Shown here in pieces: positions 45,024 through 51,521 of a stretch of 51,521 bases of DNA (its first letter is position 1; each line of letters begins with the position of its first letter). The position numbers were made by a program, and so were the translations under genes. The notes beneath the pieces are model-generated. The model saw nothing but the letters and a program-made list of their open reading frames with translations. It was not told the origin of the DNA and searched no databases. The stretch is from Bryobacteraceae bacterium (GTDB lineage Bacteria > Acidobacteriota > Terriglobia > Bryobacterales > Bryobacteraceae), in assembly GCA_049582585.1 (NCBI GenBank), contig JBAUUG010000446.1, positions 1-51,521 of the forward strand, given 5' to 3'.

Positions 45024-46079
45024 ATGGAGCGGATCGAAAAAACCGTTTTTCTCAGCTATCGCCGCACCAACATTCCTTGGGCGCTTGCTATTTTCCAGAA
45101 CCTGAGACAGCACGGCTATGACGTATTTTTTGATTACAACGGTATGGCCAGTGGCGATTTCGAGCGCGTCATCCTTGGAAACATACCGGCGCGGGCACAT
45201 TTTCTCGTTCTGCTAACCCCTTCGGCGCTTGAACGTTGCAATGAGCCGGCAGATTGGTTGCGCCGCGAGATTGAGACTGCTTTGGCTACCCAGCGCAATA
45301 TCGTGCCGTTGATGCTGGAAGGGTTTGAATTCGGGGCAGCTAAAATCGCCAATCAGCTAACAGGTACGCTTGCTGCGCTCAAGCACTACGACGGAGTACG
45401 CATTCCGCCGGACTATTTCGAAGAGGCAATGGATCGCTTGCGAGTCCGGTATTTAAATATTCCATTGATTGCGGTCCTGCACCCCGCATCCTTTTCTGCA
45501 CAAGAAGCCGCTGCACAAGAGAAGGCGGCGGCTGACGCGGCTCCCGCAGTTCAAGAGGAGGAGTTAACTGCCCAGCAATGGTTCGAGCGAGGATTTGCTG
45601 CGGTCGACCTTGATGAAAAATTGCGCTTCTACAACGAGGCGATCCGGCTGAAGCCGGACTATTCCGAGGCCTTCAACAACCGGGGCAATGCACGAAAGGC
45701 CAAAGGCGACCTCGAGGGAGCGATGAAGGATTACAACGAGACGATCCGGCTGAAGCCGGACTATTCAGAGGCCTTCAACAACCGAGGCGTTGCACGTTCT
45801 GACAAAGGCGACCTCGAGGGAGCCATGAAGGATTACAACGAGGCGATCCGGCTGAAGCCGGACTATTCAGAGGCCTTCAACAACCGGGGCAATGCACGTT
45901 ATACCAAAGGCGACCTCGAGGGAGCGATCAAGGATTACGGCGAGGCGATCCGGCTGAAGCCGGACTATGCCCTTGCCTTCAACAACCGGGGCATTGCACG
46001 AAACGCCAAAGGTGACGTCAAGGGAGCAGACGAGGATTTAAGGCAAGCGGAGCGCCTCAAAGCTGCCGCTCCGGCATAA
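45024..46079 (+). CDS. TIR-domain protein fused to TPR repeats
   Basis: N-terminus VFLSYRRTNIPWALAIFQNLRQHGYDVFFDYNGMASGDFERVI......FLVLLTPSALERCNEPADWLRREIETA is a bacterial TIR_2-type pattern with a conserved Glu. The C-terminus has four or more 34-aa TPRs (AIRLKPDYSEAFNNRGNARKAKGDLEGAMKDYNE). Confidence 0.85.
   Translation: MERIEKTVFLSYRRTNIPWALAIFQNLRQHGYDVFFDYNGMASGDFERVILGNIPARAHFLVLLTPSALERCNEPADWLRREIETALATQRNIVPLMLEGFEFGAAKIANQLTGTLAALKHYDGVRIPPDYFEEAMDRLRVRYLNIPLIAVLHPASFSAQEAAAQEKAAADAAPAVQEEELTAQQWFERGFAAVDLDEKLRFYNEAIRLKPDYSEAFNNRGNARKAKGDLEGAMKDYNETIRLKPDYSEAFNNRGVARSDKGDLEGAMKDYNEAIRLKPDYSEAFNNRGNARYTKGDLEGAIKDYGEAIRLKPDYALAFNNRGIARNAKGDVKGADEDLRQAERLKAAAPA
45639..46046 (+). 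repeat. Four tandem 102-bp coding repeats (TPR units), the first three nearly identical at nucleotide level
   Basis: Units start at 45639, 45741, 45843 and 45945 (GCGATCCGGCTGAAGCCGGACTAT...). Units 1-3 differ at only a few positions; unit 4 is more diverged. Confidence 0.9.
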
Positions 46080-46081
46080 CT

Positions 46082-46106
46082 CTCGACAAAAAGAGACATT
46101 TTGTCG
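46082..46106. terminator. Hairpin between convergent genes (9-bp stem TCGACAAAA / TTTTGTCGA, 7-nt loop)
   Basis: Read directly. Starts 3 nt after the TIR-TPR stop and is followed by a T-rich stretch (TACTTT). The stem is AT-rich, so its strength is uncertain. Confidence 0.4.
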
Positions 46107-46129
46107 ATACTTTGAAAAGCCCCTGCCTG

Positions 46130-46148
46130 TTTGCTGGAAACTCCAGCA
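46130..46148. terminator. Second hairpin (8-bp stem TTGCTGGA / TCCAGCAA, 3-nt loop)
   Basis: Read directly. Lies in the region between the TIR-TPR 3' end and the PepSY remnant. Confidence 0.3.
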
Positions 46149-46871
46149 AGACTAGGATCCATTCGAGTGCTCCCGGGCGTTTGCCAAGAGCAAATGGTCT
46201 AGCCAGCCTCGTTTTAGTGTTCGCCCAGAGCGGAGAACACTCCATAGCTAAATCCTTCGCCGTTTGAACGAGGCCAAAGCGATTGGATATTGCAGCCAGC
46301 CAGTGGCCAACACTCTTGGAGCCCAGCGGCGCTCCGAGTGACCGGTGCAATCGTTCGACTGCAGTAAAGAACTCATGCATTCTGGGCGAGCTCACTCCGA
46401 GAACGGCGCTGCTGTAAGGATCGATGTAGACGGTTTTGCCCCGGCCAAGTGAAAACTGTATGCCGTCTGAGGGTGATTGCGTACGACGATTGCGGTTGGC
46501 TGGCGGAGGTGGGCACGGCGAACTGTGTCTAACAAATCGTTCAGCGACGCTGGTTGAGGGTCTTGAGGAACGGAAACATACTCCGTATTCCGGTCTACAA
46601 AGTCCGTGATCTGCCGTTCGAACGCAAGCAGTACTCCGGTTGCGGCCATGATGAGAATGAAAACACCGGCGGTAACGCCAGCCGATAAATGGAGCCAGAA
46701 AACAGTTTTACGAAACATCGATTCCCTTAATGTGTCTTGAGGACAGCTTGAACAGCTCATCTGAAATTTGCCTGAAAAATTCACTTCGCTGTTCAAATGA
46801 GTAGGCGAATCTGCTGCAATGATTTTCAGGTGAGAGGAGGCAGCGCCGCTCAGCGAGCCGAAGGTCAACGA

Positions 46872-47546
46872 ATGATGCGCGTCCTGGTTGTTGATGACGA
46901 TCGCGAAGTAGCCGACTATGTGCAGCGGGAACTTGAGGAGGAATCCTTCAGCGTCGCCGTTGCGCATGACGGGGCCAGTGCCCTGCGTTTAGCCGAATCA
47001 TCGGCCTTCGACATTCTTGTGTTGGACGTGATGATGCCCTTTATGGATGGTCTGCAACTCACGCGCAATTTGCGCAGGCAGAACATTCTCACGCCGATAC
47101 TCTTGCTTACAGGTCGAGATGCACCGGAGGAAGTTGTGCGCGGACTTGAGGCAGGCGCGGATGACTATCTCACGAAGCCGTTTTCATTCGATGTGCTTTT
47201 GGCTCGCATCCGCGCTCGCACGCGAAGAGTCGATCAAAAAAACTCGCAACTTCGCTTTGCGGACCTGCTCCTCGATTTAGCTGAACACAAAGCCTGGCGC
47301 GGGAAGCGAGAAATGTTTTTAACGCGCACTGAATACTCCATTCTCGAATGTTTGTTGCGCGCGGCCGGCCGGGTAGTTACACGGGACCGCTTGATCGATA
47401 CCGTCTGGAACGATCGCGAGGTAAGTGCAAACAACCTCGACGTGTTCATCAAGTTCCTTCGTTCGAAAGTCGACATACCCGGTTCACCAAAGCTGATTCA
47501 CACTGAGCGGGGACTCGGATATAGTTTGCGCCAGGAAACGATTTGA
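46872..47546 (+). CDS. OmpR/PhoB-family response regulator
   Basis: MMRVLVVDDDREVADYV..ILVLDVMMPFMDGL..LLLTGR..GADDYLTKPFSFDVLLARIRA, plus a winged-helix output domain (LTRTEYSILECLL..VVTRDRLIDTVW..NNLDVFIKFLRSKVD). Start set at 46872. Confidence 0.9.
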   Translation: MMRVLVVDDDREVADYVQRELEEESFSVAVAHDGASALRLAESSAFDILVLDVMMPFMDGLQLTRNLRRQNILTPILLLTGRDAPEEVVRGLEAGADDYLTKPFSFDVLLARIRARTRRVDQKNSQLRFADLLLDLAEHKAWRGKREMFLTRTEYSILECLLRAAGRVVTRDRLIDTVWNDREVSANNLDVFIKFLRSKVDIPGSPKLIHTERGLGYSLRQETI

Positions 47547-48964
47547 ACCAGCTAAACCCACGCTCGCTACGCGCTCGCCTCACTGTCTGGTACTGCTGCG
47601 TACTGGTCCTAGTCGCATTGATACTCGCGGGCGCGAGCCGTTGGGCACTGGCGGTTAGCCTCGATCATGCTTTAGATCAAAGTCTGCGCTATCGCCTCAT
47701 TGGGCTGCACGGCTTCATAGACGACAACAGCCGTGAGGGATTGGATTCGCTAGCGTTGAAACTGGCCGGTTTGGACACTCTCGGGGAGCTGTTTCAGGTT
47801 TTCGGACCGCACGGCGAGCTGATGGCTCAATCGAATGGTTTGTCGCGCCATCGCGTCAGCACTGAACCACCGCCCGATCCTGGAGCGGGTATGCTTTTCC
47901 GGCGTGCCGGGCCGCGATGGTTCCCCGTGCGCATGGCCACGCAGCGCATTTACATTGCTGGGCAACCGCTAATCATCGAAGTGGCAGACCCCGAGCGCAA
48001 GTTTGAGGGTGTTCTGAAAGAATTCTATTCCGTCCTGTATATCGCTCTTCCGATCGTGTTGGGCCTGGCTGCCTGGGGCGGGTATTGGCTCAGTGGCAAG
48101 GCTCTCGCACCCGTGGACCAGATCATCGACGATGCTCGTGCTATCGACCCCGCGAACCTTTCTGTGAGACTTTCCGTTCCCGCCTCCGGCGATGAATTGC
48201 AACGGCTCTCGGAAACTCTCAACCAAATGTTGGACCGTGTGGAGCAATCAATTCTGCAGATGCGCCGGTTCACAGCCGATGCCTCGCACGAGTTACGCGC
48301 GCCTATGACGTTGATCTACACAGCCGCACAATTCGCGTTGCGCCGTGATCGCAGCTCGGACGATCTGAAGAATGCTCTTGGCAAAATTCTGCGGGAAGCG
48401 AAGCGCTGCACGAATCTGATTAACCAACTTCTTTCCCTGGCCAGATCGGATGAGGTCGGCGGCCAAGTCGAATTAATCTTGACGGACGTGGCGCCTTTGG
48501 TCAGAGAGGTTGCAAAGGAAGTAATGATGGTTGCCTCCGATAAAAGCCTTGAGGTCTCAACCAACGTGCCCGAGGACCCAATACGTGCTGCGGTGGACGA
48601 ATATTCATTCCGGCGAATGCTTTTGATTTTGCTCGACAATGCCATCAAGTACACGCAGGCCGGGGGCCGAGTTACCGTGTCCTTGGTTGAAGACGCAAGC
48701 ACAATCAAGATTGCTGTCGCCGACACTGGGCCGGGGATTGCCAAAGACGAGCTGCCGTTCCTTTTTGACCGTTTCTGGCGCGCCGATAAGGTGCGCTCAC
48801 GAGATTCAGGCGGAACAGGCTTGGGGCTGGCAATCGCGCGGCAAATTGCGCGAAGTCACGGCGCGGAGCTAGCGGTGGAAAGCTCCGTCGGGCACGGATC
48901 AACCTTCACAGTTCGGCTGGGGCGTTCTGGCGGGCAGCCGCCCACTCTGCAGGCTTTCCCGTGA
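47543..48964 (+). CDS. Sensor histidine kinase (2 TM, HAMP, HisKA, HATPase_c)
   Basis: H-box FTADASHELRAPMT, N-box LDNAIKYT, G-boxes DTGPGI and GGTGLGLAIAR. TTG start overlapping the regulator stop (TTGA). Confidence 0.9.
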   Translation: MNQLNPRSLRARLTVWYCCVLVLVALILAGASRWALAVSLDHALDQSLRYRLIGLHGFIDDNSREGLDSLALKLAGLDTLGELFQVFGPHGELMAQSNGLSRHRVSTEPPPDPGAGMLFRRAGPRWFPVRMATQRIYIAGQPLIIEVADPERKFEGVLKEFYSVLYIALPIVLGLAAWGGYWLSGKALAPVDQIIDDARAIDPANLSVRLSVPASGDELQRLSETLNQMLDRVEQSILQMRRFTADASHELRAPMTLIYTAAQFALRRDRSSDDLKNALGKILREAKRCTNLINQLLSLARSDEVGGQVELILTDVAPLVREVAKEVMMVASDKSLEVSTNVPEDPIRAAVDEYSFRRMLLILLDNAIKYTQAGGRVTVSLVEDASTIKIAVADTGPGIAKDELPFLFDRFWRADKVRSRDSGGTGLGLAIARQIARSHGAELAVESSVGHGSTFTVRLGRSGGQPPTLQAFP

Positions 48965-49020
48965 ACAATCGGTCTAATTCGCCGATTTTTTGGGGATTTA
49001 AGACGATTTTAAGACACCCG

Positions 49021-49557
49021 ATGGAGCATTGCAGCATGCAAGCTTCTTCAGCTACTCGTTCCCATTCACCTGTTCTACCCGACACGAGTACAAGCGCAAG
49101 CTCCCCGGTATCCGCCGTTCTATCCTGGCCCGCCGCATTCGACTGGGGGCTCCTCTGTTTGCGGGTCTGGTTCGGCTTAAGTCTGTTTCTAAAGCACGGG
49201 TGGGAAAAGCCCACGAACTTCGCCCAAATGTCGCAGCACTTTCCAAATCCGCTGCATATTGGATCGGTTCCAAGCTTGATCTTTGCACTCACCTCCGATG
49301 CAATCTGCTCCATCTTGGTCCTGCTAGGTTTAGGAACCCGCTGGGCCGCTTTGCTGATCTTTGTCAATATCTGTGTGGCGTGGTCCTTCGTGCACCATTT
49401 TCAGTTCTTCGGACGGGGCTCGGACCATGAAGAAGCGATTGTGCTATATCTGGGCGGCTTTCTTGCGCTGGCAATTATGGGCCCGGGCCGGCTGAGCCTG
49501 GATCACACATTCAAGATAGGTGTCTTCTCGCGAAAGCGCTTTGGGAAGGCAGCATAG
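49021..49557 (+). CDS. DoxX-family membrane protein
   Basis: WGLLCLRVWFGLSLFLKHGWEK......LLGLGTRWAALLIFVNICVAW....H........EAIVLYLGGFLALAIMGPGRLSLD. The start could also be the GTG at 48961, overlapping the kinase stop. Confidence 0.75.
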   Translation: MEHCSMQASSATRSHSPVLPDTSTSASSPVSAVLSWPAAFDWGLLCLRVWFGLSLFLKHGWEKPTNFAQMSQHFPNPLHIGSVPSLIFALTSDAICSILVLLGLGTRWAALLIFVNICVAWSFVHHFQFFGRGSDHEEAIVLYLGGFLALAIMGPGRLSLDHTFKIGVFSRKRFGKAA

Positions 49558-49589
49558 GCGAACTTTCTGCCACCAAGCACCAAACGAAC

Positions 49590-50731
49590 ATGATGAAATC
49601 TTCCTCCATAAAAACAGCCTGCGGTATTGCTGCGCCGGCACTGATTTGCCTGTCGCTGATACGTGCCCAGGAGAAAACAGCAACCTCCCGAATCGTGAGC
49701 GCCGCGAACACCTTCCTTGCAACACTCGATCAGAAGCAACGGCAGACGGTGCTTTTTTCCTTCGACGACCAAGAGCAACGCAAACGCTGGTCAAATTTCC
49801 CGGTTGCAGTCGTCCCGCGTGGCGGCATCAGCCTCAAAGATATGAATAGTGCTCAGCGTTCCGCTGCCATGGCTTTGGTCGCATCGGCGCTCAGTCCGAT
49901 GGGTTTTGAAAAAGTTCAGCATATTATGGAGGGCGACGAGGTCAACAAGAATACTGACCAGGGGCCAGGCGGTAATCGAGGCCCCCGTCCGCAATTCGGT
50001 AACGGGGGACCGCCACCGGCCAGTGGCGGGCCGCCACCATTCGTTCGCGGCGATAACCGCCCGGCCTGGAATGGGCCCATATTCGGTAAAGATCTCTATT
50101 ACATCTCCATACTGGGAACGCCATCCGAAACCAATCCCTGGATGTTGCAGTTTGGTGGTCACCATCTGGCACTGAACATCACTATCGCGGGCGAACATGG
50201 CGTTCTTACACCGACTTTGACGGGTGCTCAACCTGCGCTCTATTCGATCAACTGAAAAACTGTGCGGCCTCTCGGCCAGGAGAGCGATTGGCATTCGCGT
50301 TGCTACAAGCTCTGGACGAGAATCAGCGCAAGCTAGCCATTTTGAGCTACCAGCTTGCCGATCTTGTACTCGGTCCAGGGCAGGATGGCAAGACGATTGT
50401 GCCAGAAGGACTGAAAGCTTCCGCTATGAACGAGCGGCAACGGGCCATGCTGCTCGACGTGACATCCGAATGGTCGGGAATCATTCACCAAAGCGCCGCT
50501 GCTGCCCGCATGGCCGAGATTAAGGCCGATCTTGACGAGACCTGGTTTGCCTGGAGCGGTCCGACAACGGTCACCCCCGGTAAGAACATCACGGCGTATT
50601 ACCGCATTCAGGGCCCGCATCTAGTTATCGAATATGCGCCTCAGGGTCTTGGCGGCGATCCCGCAATGCATGTCCACACCATGTATCGCGATCCCACGAA
50701 TGACTACGGACGGCAGTTCAGCAATCAATGA
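49590..50731 (+). pseudogene. DUF3500-family protein, full length but interrupted by an in-frame TGA (50253-50255) and a 1-nt deletion (about 50284-50288)
   Basis: ORFs 49590-50255 and 50288-50731 align end to end with the paralogue at 17380-17913: ..TLTGAQPALYSIN*KTVRPLGQESD versus ..TLTGAQPAVYTSNGKTVRVLAEEND. The frame then changes before AFALLQALDENQRK. It ends HVHTMYRDPTNDYG. Confidence 0.75.
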
Positions 50732-51246
50732 AGACGAGGCTGTCCACTCTCGTAGCGATTTTGTCACTCGGCCTGCCTGTGTCTGGACACCGGCTCGACG
50801 AGTATTTACGAGCGACGATTGTTTCGGTCGAGCAAGGCCGGATTCAGGTCTCGATGCGGCTGATTCCTGGAGTGGCCGTATCGTCCGCTGTGATTGCGGC
50901 CATTGATGCGAACGGCGATGGCGTTTTCTCGGAGGCCGAGCAGCAAACGTACGCTCGAGAAGTTCTTGGTGATCTGACGCTCAGCGTAGACGGCCACGCG
51001 TTAAAGCCTCGGATACGGCAAGTAAGTTTTCCAGCGCCAGCAGATATGAAGGAAGGACTGGGTGAGATTCACATCGAATTCGATGCGGATTTGCCCGCCG
51101 GAGGGCCGCACCGGACACTCGTGATCGAGAACCACCACCGGCAGCGGATCTCAGTCTACCTGATGAACTCGTTAGTCCCGCAAGACCAGGCCCTCAACAG
51201 GATTCGTTGCTGTCGCTGTGGCGATCGCGTCTTGTTATGGGCCTAG
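50728..51246 (+). CDS. Hypothetical secreted protein, probably the N-terminal part of a disrupted gene
   Basis: ATGA overlap with the DUF3500 stop. Signal peptide MKTRLSTLVAILSLGLPVSG followed by HRLDEYLRATIVSVEQGRIQV. The last ~20 codons look out of frame relative to the membrane domain that follows. Confidence 0.5.
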   Translation: MKTRLSTLVAILSLGLPVSGHRLDEYLRATIVSVEQGRIQVSMRLIPGVAVSSAVIAAIDANGDGVFSEAEQQTYAREVLGDLTLSVDGHALKPRIRQVSFPAPADMKEGLGEIHIEFDADLPAGGPHRTLVIENHHRQRISVYLMNSLVPQDQALNRIRCCRCGDRVLLWA

Positions 51247-51335
51247 CACCTTTCGCGGGCGTGCCCAGTATGTTCCGCCTGGGCATGCGGCACATCGCCG
51301 AAGCTACGGATCATCTTCTGTTCCTGATAGCACTC
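51207..51335 (+). pseudogene. HupE/UreJ-like membrane-domain remnant
   Basis: The alternate frame reads FRLGMRHIAEATDHLLFLIALLL (G..HI..G.DHLLF..aLLL motif). A third frame reads GFVAVAVAIASC just upstream. The domain is cut off where the convergent ankyrin gene ends. Confidence 0.4.
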
Positions 51336-51338
51336 CTC

Positions 51339-51521
51339 TTATGCTACGCCCTCTTCGTAGTCCTTCTTTGCTGCCAGATGCAAAGGCGTAGCACCCTCGT
51401 TGTCCTTGGCATTCACATCGGCGCTTCGCCTTAGAAGCAGTTCCAACATTGCCTTGTTGCTTTTGTCCCCCCACCAATAAGCAGCAAAGTGCAGGCATGT
51501 CCTCCCGGCGCTGTTTTTGGC
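51339..51521 (-). CDS. Ankyrin-repeat protein, C-terminal 60 codons (5' end beyond the window)
   Basis: Not in the ORF track because it has no in-window start. My reverse-strand translation is AKNSAGRTCLHFAAYWWGDKSNKAMLELLLRRSADVNAKDNEGATPLHLAAKKDYEEGVA*, with the stop (TAA) at 51339-51341. Confidence 0.7.
   Translation of the reverse strand, partial: AKNSAGRTCLHFAAYWWGDKSNKAMLELLLRRSADVNAKDNEGATPLHLAAKKDYEEGVA

Larger units (their letters stand above)
46057..46718 (-). pseudogene. PepSY-associated TM-helix (PiuB-like) protein, frameshifted and 3'-truncated
   Basis: MFRKTVFWLHLSAGVTAGVFILIMAATGVLLAFERQI is the typical N-terminus. The frame ends at 46392. The next frame (46057-46395) continues FFTAVERLHRSLG (the H-R-x-L motif) and then degenerates. 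Total length is far shorter than the usual 380 aa or more. Confidence 0.55.

Noticed and set aside
44925-45200. Minus-strand ORF of 91 aa spanning the right IS end and the 5' end of the TIR gene.
   Set aside because: It crosses the IR/TSD boundary and overlaps the well-supported TIR-TPR start. Its C-terminal VVAQFE only mirrors the IR sequence: the same peptide ends ORF 42203-42589, which is how the IR pair was spotted.
45639-46046. Regular tandem repeats (102-bp units here, 438-bp units at 3389-4696) as a possible CRISPR or satellite array.
   Set aside because: The units are contiguous with no spacers. They are in frame and encode TPR motifs and a repeated protein module.
50253-50255. In-frame TGA codons (here and at 19223-19225) as selenocysteine or recoded stops.
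   Set aside because: TGA ends many clearly complete genes in this window. The aligned paralogue has Gly (GGA), one substitution away. A frameshift follows 30 nt later. I noticed no SECIS-like hairpin.

Overview
51.5-kb high-GC bacterial chromosome segment, probably Acidobacteriota: a PadR-type regulator is followed by three tandem ADOP (acidobacterial duplicated orphan permease) genes, and there are many Sec/Tat-secreted beta-propeller and Ig-like proteins. All calls come from reading motifs by eye; no searches were run. There are about 45 protein-coding genes, and I saw no rRNA, tRNA or CRISPR. Recognisable genes are ctaA, msrB, panE, rlmH, a futalosine-pathway radical-SAM enzyme with a UbiA prenyltransferase, larB-like, a class I/II aminotransferase, a DHA2 MFS exporter, a LuxR-type response regulator, an OmpR/histidine-kinase pair, a dihaem cytochrome c with a PQQ dehydrogenase, an alpha-galactosidase-like hydrolase and an ALO-type FAD oxidase. 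Main observations: (1) A 2,400-bp IS1-family element (42553-44952) has perfect 18-bp terminal inverted repeats and an 8-bp target-site duplication. Besides its transposase it carries a three-gene operon ending in a PemK/MazF toxin. The two upstream partners (62-aa basic protein, 261-aa protein with an acidic tail) do not look like MazE, so this may be an undescribed tripartite toxin module mobilised by an IS. (2) The element landed 63 bp upstream of a TIR-TPR gene, a candidate NADase/defence protein with near-identical 102-bp repeats. (3) The PQQ dehydrogenase is split exactly at an A_AAA_AAG heptamer. (4) The PadR-3xADOP array has no ATPase gene, shows mosaic near-identity between paralogues, and has a palindrome over the padR promoter and SD. 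(5) At least eight genes in 51 kb are remnants or disrupted: QOR, msrA, two DUF3500, ParB-like, PepSY-TM, HupE-like and the PQQ dehydrogenase. (6) A 1544-aa surface protein has three P-domain-like modules and a triplicated 146-aa module I cannot name.
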